Shown: positions 17,963 through 27,586 of the stretch, piece after piece | Position numbering within the stretch: position 1 is the first letter of the stretch | How the letters are laid out: every line of letters begins with the position of its first letter | Origin: an uncultured Pseudomonadota bacterium | GTDB taxonomy: Bacteria; Oederibacteriota; Muellerivitia; Muellerivitales; Muellerivitaceae | Direction: 5' to 3' | Assembly (NCBI GenBank): GCA_963836235.1 | Contig: CAWIIP010000002.1 | Location: 1,824,001 to 1,888,000 of the forward strand | Length of the DNA: 64,000 nt | Notes under the pieces: generated by a model | Told to the model about the DNA's origin: nothing | What the model saw: only the letters and a program-made list of their open reading frames with translations | Database searches by the model: none | Program-made: the position numbers and the translations under genes

Positions 17963-18987
17963 AAAAAGGGGTCAGGCGTCCATTTTCCACTTATTGATCT
18001 TTTCATTTAAGCCTTTGTCCTTCAATAGCCTCTGCTTCATCTTCACCCAACGGTTTCCCACCGCCGTCAGTCCCACTCCCATCCTCAGTCCTATCCCCTT
18101 TAAGCTTAATCCTGATTCCCGTTTCAACAAGTATATCGCCACGTCCAGCGCTTCCGAGCCCCTTTTCCCGGCCCTTAAAAGTTCTTCCGGCTTTTCACCA
18201 TAGGCTTTTGCCACCCGGGCGATCAGCCTTTGCGGATCCTGTTTGACCACGTGTTTTTGATATTTTGGCACGTCCAAATGCTTATGCTTTTGTCCCACCT
18301 CATGAACCCTATCTAGGAACCCTTTTCCTCCCAAGTAAAGCCTTGAATATAAGTCCTCCCAAGGCGATTCTTTTTTTCCAACCCCCTCCGCCACGAAAAC
18401 CCGGTAGGCTTTTTGTGCTTGTTTTAGGCTTTTACCGAAATGTCCCAAAAGCCAGCCGGTTTCCATCCATTTTTCAGATTTCTCCAACCCCGCCGTGGCC
18501 CGGTAGCTGCTCCATTTCCATTCACCCGGACTTTTAACCATCCTGGCCCTCACGGGGTTCAGCACCACATACCGGCATAATTCTTTCAAATAGCTTTCTT
18601 TCTCCACCACGATCGCTTTATATCGGCCCTGGAAAAGATGTCCCACCCGGCGGTGCTTCTTGTTGAATTTCTGGGTGTAGATGCCGTTAAAATGTTTCAT
18701 GGCAAGGGAGAGGTTGGCGGCGGGTGTCTCCAGGAGCAGGTGATAATGATTGTCCATCAAGACCCAGGCGTGGCAGGTGACGTCATGGTGTTCAACCGTT
18801 TCAGCCAAAACACGGATAAACACATTCCGGTCAGCGTCATCGAGGACGATTTTTCTTCGCTCGTTCCCGCGGGAAGTTACGTGGTAAACAGCGCCCTCAT
18901 AATGGATGCGTTTGGGTCTTGGCACAGCCGTATTTTAACGGCTTAACCCGGGTAGTAAAGTGGATTATGGAGGCCTGACCCCTTTTT
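17963..18987 (-). mobile_element. Y1/HUH transposase element with 30-bp inverted repeats
   Basis: Inverted repeats at 17963-17992 and 18958-18987, 27/30 match, core GGGGTCAGG. Confidence 0.8.
17972..18925 (-). CDS. REP-associated/Y1 tyrosine transposase (RAYT-like) with C-terminal DnaA-like HTH
   Basis: YHVTSRGN, LMDNHYHLL (HUH), GHLFQGRYKA, YVVLNPVRA, WSSY. Confidence 0.92.
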   Translation of the reverse strand: MPRPKRIHYEGAVYHVTSRGNERRKIVLDDADRNVFIRVLAETVEHHDVTCHAWVLMDNHYHLLLETPAANLSLAMKHFNGIYTQKFNKKHRRVGHLFQGRYKAIVVEKESYLKELCRYVVLNPVRARMVKSPGEWKWSSYRATAGLEKSEKWMETGWLLGHFGKSLKQAQKAYRVFVAEGVGKKESPWEDLYSRLYLGGKGFLDRVHEVGQKHKHLDVPKYQKHVVKQDPQRLIARVAKAYGEKPEELLRAGKRGSEALDVAIYLLKRESGLSLKGIGLRMGVGLTAVGNRWVKMKQRLLKDKGLNEKINKWKMDA

Positions 18988-18988
18988 T

Positions 18989-19009
18989 TTTCAAGGGTTT
19001 TGAGTGAGG
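18989..19009 (+). repeat. 21-bp direct repeat, right copy
   Basis: TTTCAAGGGTTTTGAGTGAGG. Confidence 0.9.
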
Positions 19010-19062
19010 CGGGTGGTTTCAGTCCCTCTGCGGTAGAAACCAGCAACCATTCTTCGGCATTT

Positions 19063-20337
19063 CTACCGAATGGGAAAGCCGCCCCCGAAGGGGCTGGCGT
19101 CATCGGGCGTGGGTGTGAAGGTGGGAGTGGGAAGGGGAGTATCCGTCGCGACGGGGGAATTTTCCGCCGAGGCTGGAGATGAATTGGGCGCGATCAATTT
19201 CAAGCGGATGACGCAATTGTTCTGGATATCGGTGACATAGAGCCGGTTCTGGGAGTCGCAAGCCAGGCCCCGGAACCGCGGGGAGGAAGCCAACTTCATG
19301 TTCTCGTCCGCGGCCCTCCATTCGCCGATAAAATCAAACCGGGCGTTGAAGATATTCACCCGGCCCGTCAGGCCGTCGGCCACGGCGATCATTTTGGTTT
19401 TGGTGACGACCACCCCGGCGGGTTCCTTGAATTGGTCGGGACCGTCCCCATACCAGCCCTCCATCGTGACGGGGGCGTTGTTGACCGGGGTGGGCTCAAT
19501 GGTGGTGGCGCTCGAATCGGTGGTGACGGGGGATTGGTCGATGCCGGCGGGCGACCGGTCGTTGAAGACCTGGATGCGGTTGTTGCCCGTATCCGCCAGG
19601 ATGCCCTGGTCGATGTTGTTCAAAGCCAAACCCAGGGGAAAGTTGAGGGAGCCGGGCTGGGTGCCAAAGGTCCCCCAGGTGAAGTTGAACTTCCCCATAT
19701 TGCTGAAGTTGGAGACGCGGGAGTTTCCCGAATCCAACACCCAAATATTCCCGAAATGGTCCTTGGCCACCACCCGGGGGGCGGTGAACTGGCGGTTCCG
19801 GGTTCCCAATCTTCCCCAGGAAAGCAGAACGAGACCGTTGGGGTCCAGCAGCACGATGCGGTTGTTGAGGGTATCGGCGACATAGATTTGCCCGTCGGGA
19901 ACGACCAGTACCCCCGCCGGATGGTCGAATTGAGGGTCATTTCGCCAGACGGCGGCGGGGCCGTAAGAGCCGATGGACTTGATGGGCTTTCCGTCGCAGG
20001 TCCATTCCTGAACGCGGTTGTTTTGGGTGTCCGCGATGTAAAGGTTGTCGTCGGGTCCCACGCAAATTCCCTCGGGGCCGTTGAGTTCGTTGGGGCCCGA
20101 TCCCTTGGTTCCCAAGAGGGTGTCGAAGGCGTAAATTTTCTCGCCGACCCAATTTTTAGGCAAGGCATTGGCCGGGGGGGTCTGGTCGGGAGGGATGGCG
20201 GCGGTAGGCGTGGGGAGGAGAGCGGCAATAGGCGTGGAGACCGTGTTATCGCTATCGGCCCAGGTGATGCCGGGCGCGGCGGCCAAGCTTAAGCCAAGGG
20301 CGATAAAAGCCGGGATAAATTTCGAGAGGGAATACAT
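19063..20337 (-). CDS. Secreted NHL-repeat beta-propeller protein
   Basis: Repeated F..P.G...IYVADT.NNR units; signal peptide; Pro/Thr tail. Confidence 0.9.
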   Translation of the reverse strand: MYSLSKFIPAFIALGLSLAAAPGITWADSDNTVSTPIAALLPTPTAAIPPDQTPPANALPKNWVGEKIYAFDTLLGTKGSGPNELNGPEGICVGPDDNLYIADTQNNRVQEWTCDGKPIKSIGSYGPAAVWRNDPQFDHPAGVLVVPDGQIYVADTLNNRIVLLDPNGLVLLSWGRLGTRNRQFTAPRVVAKDHFGNIWVLDSGNSRVSNFSNMGKFNFTWGTFGTQPGSLNFPLGLALNNIDQGILADTGNNRIQVFNDRSPAGIDQSPVTTDSSATTIEPTPVNNAPVTMEGWYGDGPDQFKEPAGVVVTKTKMIAVADGLTGRVNIFNARFDFIGEWRAADENMKLASSPRFRGLACDSQNRLYVTDIQNNCVIRLKLIAPNSSPASAENSPVATDTPLPTPTFTPTPDDASPFGGGFPIR

Positions 20338-20529
20338 GAATGCAATGCTATAGGCCCTCCCAAGCCGAGTCAATGCCCAGGCCTACACCTCACGCCTCGA
20401 AAGGTTACCCCTCTTTTGCGATTCTTGACGACCCCCGGAATCTTGCTATCCTAACCCCCAGTTTCAAGAGGTTGACTCTTCTCTATATACATACGACTTC
20501 CTCATTCTTCGAACTCAAAGAGGTACATC

Positions 20530-21663
20530 ATGCAACGACGGTTTTGGGTAGCGACGGTGTTAGTGGCGTTGGTTTTGAGCGTGGCTTGCGGGCCCAAGTT
20601 GAATCCCAACGAAATCCGCATCGGGGAATATGGTTCCCTCACGGGTGCCCAAGCGACTTTCGGGATTTCCACCCAAAACGGTATCGAACTGGCGGTGGAC
20701 GAGGTGAACGCGGCGGGCGGCATCAACGGGAAGACTCTCAAAGTGATAGCCTTGGACGACCAGGGAAAGCCCGAAGAAGCGGCGGTGGTCGTGACGAAGT
20801 TAATCACACAAGAAAAGGCCCAAGTGATCCTGGGGGAAGTGGCCAGTTCCCTTTCCCTGGCGGCGGCGCCGATTTGCCAGGAGCACAAGACTCCTATGAT
20901 TTCCCCCTCCTCCACCAACCCCAAGGTGACCCAAGTGGGGGATTATATTTTTCGCGTCTGCTTCATCGACCCCTTCCAGGGCCAAGTGATGGCGGATTTC
21001 GCCATGGGCGCTTTGAAGGCCAAGACCGCGGCTATCCTGCGGGACCAGAAAAGCGATTACAGCATGGGCCTGGCGGATTTTTTCATCAAGCGCTTCAAAG
21101 ATAAGGGCGGAACCATCCTGGTCGACCAGAGTTACGTGGCGGGAGACGTGGATTTCAAATCCCAACTGACCAACATCCGGGAACAAAAGCCCGACGTGAT
21201 TTTCGTGCCCGGTTATTATGGCGAAGTGGGGCTCATCGCAAAGCAGGCGCGGGAACTGGGCGTCAAGGTTCCGCTCTTGGGCGGCGACGGGTGGGATTCC
21301 TCCAAACTTTATGAGATCGGCGGGGCGGCGCTGGACGGTTGTTATTTCTCCAGCCACTATTCCCCGGATTCGACCGACCCGAAGGTCCAGGATTTCGTGA
21401 AGAAGTACCAGGCTAAATTCGGCCAAGTGCCGGATGCCCTGGCGACGCTGGGTTATGATTCGGCGGGAGTATTGGTGGCGGGCTTGAAGAGCGCGAAATC
21501 CCTGGAGGGTGCCGATATCCGTGACGCCATCGCGGCCACGAAGAACTACGCGGGAGTGACCGGCTCCATCAGCTTAGACGCGGACCGAAACGCCGTCAAA
21601 CCGGCGGTTGTGTTAAAAATTTCCGGCAACAAATCCTCTTTCGTCACAACCGTAAATCCATAA
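20530..21663 (+). CDS. livK: Branched-chain amino acid ABC transporter substrate-binding lipoprotein
   Basis: GEYGSLTG..EVNAAGGING, FRVCFIDPFQG; lipobox VAC. Confidence 0.9.
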   Translation: MQRRFWVATVLVALVLSVACGPKLNPNEIRIGEYGSLTGAQATFGISTQNGIELAVDEVNAAGGINGKTLKVIALDDQGKPEEAAVVVTKLITQEKAQVILGEVASSLSLAAAPICQEHKTPMISPSSTNPKVTQVGDYIFRVCFIDPFQGQVMADFAMGALKAKTAAILRDQKSDYSMGLADFFIKRFKDKGGTILVDQSYVAGDVDFKSQLTNIREQKPDVIFVPGYYGEVGLIAKQARELGVKVPLLGGDGWDSSKLYEIGGAALDGCYFSSHYSPDSTDPKVQDFVKKYQAKFGQVPDALATLGYDSAGVLVAGLKSAKSLEGADIRDAIAATKNYAGVTGSISLDADRNAVKPAVVLKISGNKSSFVTTVNP

Positions 21664-21665
21664 TC

Positions 21666-21870
21666 GCTGTCATTGCGAGACACGAATTTTGTGTCGAAGC
21701 AACCTCAGTTTGTGGTTGGTTTTAAGTGTCCTCGGCTGATTTTGAATTTTATTTAAACTGAGGTTGTACTTGGGCCTTTGGCCCAAGCATGATTGGCCGA
21801 ATTAAGGCCAATTACTTTAAGCCTGTCGTCACCGTCCCGCTATTCGCGGGACACCCCTCGCAATGACAGC
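21666..21870. repeat. Palindromic dispersed repeat, family B copy 1
   Basis: GCTGTCATTGCGAG..CGAAGCAA..CTCGCAATGACAGC with nested hairpins. Confidence 0.85.
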
Positions 21871-22094
21871 ATATTTTGGTATTTTTGGATCCTGGAAAAG
21901 TAAGACAGTTCCTGGGCCTTTTTTGCGTTGGGGGCCCGGATCGGTCGGTCTTTGTGCGAAAACCCCGGCAGGTTTTTGTGCAGTCTTTCGAATTCTCCTT
22001 GTTGAGCTCCATTTTTCTTGAAAAGAACTCAAGCCCGGCCTTTAATTGAATTCCCCTCGGCTAAAGGGGGGATTTTCTGGAAGGAGACCTCCTC

Positions 22095-23381
22095 ATGGCT
22101 AAAGGAACGCTGACGCGCGATACCCAACCGGGTTTTTTCAATCTCCGCGAGATCATCGAAGGGGAGTGGGTTGAAGCCCATTACCAGCCCATCGTTTCCC
22201 TCAAGCGGCGTACCATCGTGGGGTTGGAAGGATTGACCCGGGGCCTGCAACCGGGAAGCCGCCATTTGATTTCCCCGATGGATCTTTTCCACCAGGCCGC
22301 CATCCAGGGCCTGCAACTGGATTTGGACCGGTTGTGCCGCAAAAAAATCATGGATGGTTTCCGCCGGATTCACGCCTGTTCCCCCGACCTGATTCTTTCC
22401 GTTAATTTGGACGCCTCCATTTTGGATCAAGGCGTGGTGGGTTCGGGCCACCTGCGCCAGCAAGTTTTAGAAATGGGCCTCAAACCCGAAAATATTTGCA
22501 TCGAAATTATCGAATCCGACGTGGAAGACCTGAAAGCATTCCAGCGGTTCGTCCAGCTCCACCGCAGTTACGGCTTCCTCATCGCGTTAGACGACGTGGG
22601 CGCGGGCCATTCCAACCTCAACCGAATCCCTTTGATCAAGCCCGATATCCTTAAAATTGACCGTTTTCTTGTGCAAGATATCCAGGATGATTTTTACAAA
22701 CAAGAAGTGCTGAAATCCCTGGTCCGCATGGCCCGGCACCTGGGAACGCTCATCATCGCCGAGGGGGTGGAAACCCAGGAAGAAGCGGTCTGCCTTTTAG
22801 ACATGGATGTGGACATGATCCAAGGCTATTACTTCTCCCGTCCCCAAAGGCCCGACCAGTTGGAGTACGAGCCGGTTCTGACCCGTATCGACGGATTGGG
22901 AGGCGCCTTCAAGCGTAATTTCCTGAAGCGGCTGGGAACCCGAAAATTCAACATGAACCGCTACTACGCCACGCTTCTCGAGATACAGACGGAACTCAGC
23001 CGGATGAACCCGGTCCATTTTGATTCCATCTTGAAGCGGATGGCGGGCGAATTTCCGCATGTGGAGAGCCTTTATATACTGGATGAATCGGGCCTTCAGG
23101 TTTCGGAAAGTGTTTTCAATGACGAAGGCCGAACCAAACGCAACCCGGTGGTTTTTAGGCCCGCGCCGAAGGGCTCGGATCATACAATGAAGGATTATTA
23201 TTATTTCCTCATGGAGGCGGGGCTGAATAAGACCAGCTACGTGACGGAGCCTTATTTATCAATGGCGTCGGGGAACAGCTGCGTCACGCTTTCTTCGGTC
23301 GTCAAAAATGAAAATCAGAAAAAATATATTCTTTGCCTGGATATCAACACGGATGCCCTGGGGCAGGAACAAACCGAATAA
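22095..23381 (+). CDS. EAL domain protein with C-terminal sensor domain (YkuI-like)
   Basis: YQPIV, EGL, ALDDVGAG, LKIDR, AEGVET, QGYYF. Confidence 0.9.
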   Translation: MAKGTLTRDTQPGFFNLREIIEGEWVEAHYQPIVSLKRRTIVGLEGLTRGLQPGSRHLISPMDLFHQAAIQGLQLDLDRLCRKKIMDGFRRIHACSPDLILSVNLDASILDQGVVGSGHLRQQVLEMGLKPENICIEIIESDVEDLKAFQRFVQLHRSYGFLIALDDVGAGHSNLNRIPLIKPDILKIDRFLVQDIQDDFYKQEVLKSLVRMARHLGTLIIAEGVETQEEAVCLLDMDVDMIQGYYFSRPQRPDQLEYEPVLTRIDGLGGAFKRNFLKRLGTRKFNMNRYYATLLEIQTELSRMNPVHFDSILKRMAGEFPHVESLYILDESGLQVSESVFNDEGRTKRNPVVFRPAPKGSDHTMKDYYYFLMEAGLNKTSYVTEPYLSMASGNSCVTLSSVVKNENQKKYILCLDINTDALGQEQTE

Positions 23382-23388
23382 AAATTCT

Positions 23389-23500
23389 TTACCACCAAGA
23401 CACCAAGGGCACCAAGAAAAATAAAAATTATTCCTGAATTTATATTTTTTGAAACTTTTGTCTTTCGCCATTCTTGGTGTCTTCGTGCCTTGGTGGTTAA
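23389..23500. repeat. Palindromic repeat, family A copy 2
   Basis: ACCACCAAGACACCAAGGGCACCAAG..CTTGGTGTCTTCGTGCCTTGGTGGT. Confidence 0.85.
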
Positions 23501-23506
23501 GAGGTT

Positions 23507-24670
23507 TTAACCGGGTTGGAGTTCGATCAGGCTGACTTCCGGGGTGAGGCCGAACCGGACGGGAAGGGTCCAATAGCCCGTTCCCGGGGTCACGTAAAGC
23601 TGGCTTTCCCCTTCCTTAAAAAGTCCCATGTGGTATTTCATGAAGAGCTTGGCCAAGGACCAATTCAAGGCCTTGAAGCCGACCTGTCCGCCATGGGTGT
23701 GGCCGCTTAAAGTGAGTTCCACTTTCCGTTCTATCGCTTCCTTGAAGCCCTGGGGTTGATGGGCCAGCAAAATCGTGGGCGCCCCCTCGGGTTTTCCTTC
23801 CAAAGCCTTGTCGAAGTCGGGGGCCACCGAACCCCAGTTGCCAAAACGTCGCGCGCCTTGGTCGCCGACTCCCGCGATCCAGATAAAGGACTCCCCACGC
23901 TGGATAGCCATTCCCTCGTTCACCAACATTTGCAGGCGGCTGTCCTCCAGCACTTGAAGGGTTTTTTCCGGGTTGGCGTAAACGTCGTGATTGCCCAGCA
24001 CCCCGATGGCGGGCAGATAGGGGTCCAAGACCTCCAGGCTTTTCAGGAACTTGGGAAGATACTGGGGGTCGTCGTCGGTGATGTCGCCGCAGACGACGAA
24101 GAGATCAGGTTTGGCCTCCTGGGCCACCCGGGCGAATTTTTGAAGCCGGGAGAGCGGCGTGAAAAGGCCCACATGCAGGTCGGAGACCATGGCGATTTTA
24201 TAACCCGAGAACTCGGGCGGAAGGTTCTTGATGCGCACCGAGACTTTTTCCAATTTCACCAGGAACAGCGCTTGAAAGAGACCCACGATCGTCATGAAAC
24301 CGATCAGCCCCAGGAAGATAGTGACCGGCAGATGGGCGAATTGGGCGAAAGGAATCCACCGCCATCCCAAGGAAGCCAGCCAAACCAGCCCCAATAACAA
24401 AAGAAAAACGGAGGAAAGTAAAATCAGGAAGTTCCAAAAGACCCAGAAGGGGCCCAGGATGGCCCGGGATAGGCGGAAAAAGGGGGAGGAGTGGCGCTTT
24501 AGAAGAAGGGGCAAAAGAAGCCAAAGGAGATTGCCCAGGACCGCCCCCAGCATGACGAAATGCGCCCCGGCGGGGTAAATGCTCAGGCCGGCCCAAATGG
24601 CGAGGGCGTTCATCAGGAAAAACACGCTTAAGACCAGGTTGAAGATGAGAACGGTGCGACGGGTGGCCAA
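23507..24670 (-). CDS. Membrane metallophosphoesterase (YkuE/YaeI-like)
   Basis: SDLH, GDITD, GNHD, LAHQP, SGHTHGGQ. Confidence 0.92.
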   Translation of the reverse strand: MATRRTVLIFNLVLSVFFLMNALAIWAGLSIYPAGAHFVMLGAVLGNLLWLLLPLLLKRHSSPFFRLSRAILGPFWVFWNFLILLSSVFLLLLGLVWLASLGWRWIPFAQFAHLPVTIFLGLIGFMTIVGLFQALFLVKLEKVSVRIKNLPPEFSGYKIAMVSDLHVGLFTPLSRLQKFARVAQEAKPDLFVVCGDITDDDPQYLPKFLKSLEVLDPYLPAIGVLGNHDVYANPEKTLQVLEDSRLQMLVNEGMAIQRGESFIWIAGVGDQGARRFGNWGSVAPDFDKALEGKPEGAPTILLAHQPQGFKEAIERKVELTLSGHTHGGQVGFKALNWSLAKLFMKYHMGLFKEGESQLYVTPGTGYWTLPVRFGLTPEVSLIELQPG

Positions 24671-24750
24671 GAGTTCCTCCGGGTTGTAAAAGCCAACGTA
24701 CTATTTAGTTGAGAGGGTGTTTTTGTCAAGGGTGGACAAAAAGAAAAATT

Positions 24751-24874
24751 TTTACCACCAAGGGCACCAAGAAAGGCTTTAGAAAGAACTGGCCAAAATT
24801 AAATGGTTGAATGATTTTTTTTAGACTATAAATGATTAAGTTTTCTTGGTGCCCTTGGTGCCTTGGTGGTTAAA
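24751..24874. repeat. Palindromic repeat, family A copy 3
   Basis: ACCACCAAGGGCACCAAG..CTTGGTGCCCTTGGTGCCTTGGTGGT. Confidence 0.85.
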
Positions 24875-24895
24875 CTCTTTGAGGTGTTTTTGGCT

Positions 24896-25798
24896 ATGGA
24901 AGGGTTTCTTCAACTGCTACTGAACGGTACGGCGCTGGGTTCCATCTACGCCCTGATTGCCTTGGGCTACACGATGGTCTACGGCATTTTGCGCCTGATT
25001 AATTTCGCTCACGGGGATGTGGTCATGGTGGGCGCCTACGCCGGGCTTTTTACCGCCCTGATCCTCCACTCTTCCGACCATCCCAGCATCCTCAGTTTCC
25101 TGATTGTGTTGGTTGTGGCCATGCTAGCCTCGGCTCTTTTGGGCTTTCTCATCGAACGTCTGGCCTACCGGCCCTTAAGAAACGTGCCCCGCTTGAATCT
25201 TTTGATTACCGCTGTTGGAGTATCCCTGCTTTTGGAAAACCTGGGACAAGTGGTGTTTGGGGCGACTCCCCGGGTTTTTCCGGACATCCTGCCCAATATT
25301 ACCCTTATTCAATACGGTCAGGTGGCCGTCACCAACCAACAAGTCACGGTTTTCGGGACCTCGCTTTTCTTGATGGTCGTCCTGGAGTGGATCGTCCAGA
25401 AAACCAAACTGGGGCGGGCCATGAGGGCGGTTTCCCATTCGCATGAGACGGCATCCCTAGTGGGGATACCGACCGACACTATCATCACCATCACCTTCAT
25501 CATCGGGTCGGCACTGGCGGCGGCGGCGGGCATCCTGGTTTGTATTTCCTATCCCCGGGTGGACCCCTTGATGGGCGTCATGATCGGCCTTAAGGCTTTC
25601 GTGGCGGCGGTGTTGGGCGGCATCGGGAGCATCCGGGGCGCGGTCGTGGGCGGGTTTCTGATGGGTATTTCGGAGGCTATGGTAGTGGGTTATGGTTCTT
25701 CCACTTACCGGGATGCGCTGGCCTTCGCCATTCTCATTCTCATTCTTATTTTCAAGCCCGCCGGATTGTTCGGAAAATACCAGCCGGAGAAGGTGTGA
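24896..25798 (+). CDS. livH: Branched-chain amino acid ABC transporter permease
   Basis: GSIYALIALGYTMVYGILRLINFAHG; KAFVAAVLGGIGS. Confidence 0.95.
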   Translation: MEGFLQLLLNGTALGSIYALIALGYTMVYGILRLINFAHGDVVMVGAYAGLFTALILHSSDHPSILSFLIVLVVAMLASALLGFLIERLAYRPLRNVPRLNLLITAVGVSLLLENLGQVVFGATPRVFPDILPNITLIQYGQVAVTNQQVTVFGTSLFLMVVLEWIVQKTKLGRAMRAVSHSHETASLVGIPTDTIITITFIIGSALAAAAGILVCISYPRVDPLMGVMIGLKAFVAAVLGGIGSIRGAVVGGFLMGISEAMVVGYGSSTYRDALAFAILILILIFKPAGLFGKYQPEKV

Positions 25799-25882
25799 CA
25801 AGGGCGGGATTTTGAAACCGCCGAAATATGAAAGTATTGAAAAGGATTGGGGCCAACCGCCCTTTTCCCGGGAAAGGAAACT

Positions 25883-26182
25883 ATGTCTTACGAAAGATGC
25901 ATGGGTTTGGAAATCAAAGATGAGGCCTTGTACCAGCAATACCGGGATGGCATGACCCCGATGCTTGCCCCCTATGGCGGAAGTTTCCGTTACGACTTTA
26001 AAGTGGCGGAGGTTCTTCGGTCCGAAACCCCGGCTCCGATCAACCGTGTTTTTATCATCTCTTTCAAGGACAAGGCTTCCCACGACGCTTTTTTCCAAAA
26101 CCCGGACTATCTCCAGGTCCGGCAGCGTTTTTTTAATCCCTCGGTCGGCAATGTCACTAAACTGGCGGGTTACGAACTTTAA
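25883..26182 (+). CDS. DUF1330 family protein
   Basis: YQQYR..YGG..RVFIISF..FF..PDY..R. Confidence 0.8.
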   Translation: MSYERCMGLEIKDEALYQQYRDGMTPMLAPYGGSFRYDFKVAEVLRSETPAPINRVFIISFKDKASHDAFFQNPDYLQVRQRFFNPSVGNVTKLAGYEL

Positions 26183-26202
26183 AGCGAGGTTGAACCTTTC
26201 CG

Positions 26203-27171
26203 ATGAAATCCAACCTTAAATCCCTTTTCATTCTCGTGGGTATTTCCCTCGCCGCCCAAGGGCTGGCCATGGTGATGCCGGATTATTTCACCGAGCTTTT
26301 CATGTACGGGTGCATCAACGCCATTCTGGCGGTGTCCTTGAACCTGGTGAACGGGCTTTCGGGGCAATTTTCCCTAGGCCACGCGGGGTTTATGGCGGTG
26401 GGGGCCTATACGGCGGCTTCGGTGAATGTTTTTTTTCTTTCGTCCCTACACGGCAGCCCGGTGGGGGACCAGGTTTCGCTCCTCATTTCATTGGCGGCGG
26501 CGGCTTTGATTAGCGCCCTGGCGGGATACCTGGTGGGGCTGCCCTCCCTTCGATTGAAAGGGGACTACCTGGCCATCGCCACCCTGGGATTCGGCGAGAT
26601 CATCCGGGTCATTATCCTCAATATCCAAAAGGTAGGAGGCGCCAGGGGCTTCATCGGTATTCCCACCTCCTCGACGCCTTTCCTGGCAGTTTTCATTTTG
26701 GTTCTCTTTGTGCTTTTGACCCACCGGTTTGTCCTGTCGTCCCATGGACGGGCCCTGCTTTCCATCCGCGAAAACGAGATCGCGGCGGAAGCTATGGGCG
26801 TGGATACGACCTTCTATAAAGTACAGGCTTTCGTCATTTCGGCGGCGGGAGCAGGCGTGGCGGGAGGGCTTTTTGCCCATTACCTTTCCTATATCAACCC
26901 CAGCTCATTCGATTTCATGAAGTCGGTGGAAATCGTGATCATGGTGGTCTTGGGCGGCATGGGGTCGGTTTCGGGTTCCATCATCGCGGCTTTCCTGCTG
27001 ACCTTGTTGCCGGAAGCCCTGCGGCCCCTGCAGGACATCACCCATGTGGACCTGCGCATGGTGATCTACTCACTGGCGCTGATTCTGATGATGCTCTTGA
27101 GGCCCAAGGGCCTTTTCGGGCGCAAGGAGTTGTGGGAAATATTGAGGCCGGGGCGCGCCCCCAAAGGCTGA
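26203..27171 (+). CDS. livM: Branched-chain amino acid ABC transporter permease
   Basis: GQFSLGHAGFMAVGAY; LRLKGDYLAIATLGFGE. Confidence 0.95.
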   Translation: MKSNLKSLFILVGISLAAQGLAMVMPDYFTELFMYGCINAILAVSLNLVNGLSGQFSLGHAGFMAVGAYTAASVNVFFLSSLHGSPVGDQVSLLISLAAAALISALAGYLVGLPSLRLKGDYLAIATLGFGEIIRVIILNIQKVGGARGFIGIPTSSTPFLAVFILVLFVLLTHRFVLSSHGRALLSIRENEIAAEAMGVDTTFYKVQAFVISAAGAGVAGGLFAHYLSYINPSSFDFMKSVEIVIMVVLGGMGSVSGSIIAAFLLTLLPEALRPLQDITHVDLRMVIYSLALILMMLLRPKGLFGRKELWEILRPGRAPKG

Positions 27172-27203
27172 TCCGGGAGAATTTGGCAAAAGAATCGTCC
27201 AAC

Positions 27204-27586
27204 GACCCATCGAAAAATAAGGGGAATAAGAATGTCTCCGAAGGCTTCGGAAACATCAAAAAACCCCTGAAAAAATGCATATCGAAAAATGAGGAAAAAT
27301 GGGTACTTTTAGAGAAAGTCGTATTTCCGCTGACCGGCCTCTGGAATAAGTGGTACATCGAGGGGGTACCGCTTTATTGGTTGGACCGCTATGAGGGCTG
27401 GACCCTTGCTTGGGGTGCTCAACGCTACTTCCCGCCGGTTGATTGGGGAAAGTGTGGCGGAAGACCCATCGAAAAATAAGGGGAATAATGATATTTCGGA
27501 AGACTTCCGAAACATCAATAAATGGGGAAAAACGGGGTCTTTTAGAGGATGTTGCATTTCCGCTGACCCGCCTCTGGAATAAGCGG
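27204..27586 (+). repeat. Two degenerate direct repeats (27204-27353 and 27463-27586)
   Basis: Both start GACCCATCGAAAAATAAGGGGAATAA and end TTTCCGCTGACCSGCCTCTGGAATAAG. Confidence 0.85.

Noticed and set aside
27204-27586. CRISPR array or integron attC array
   Set aside because: Only two long degenerate units, no cas gene or tyrosine integrase, and no clear attC core sites
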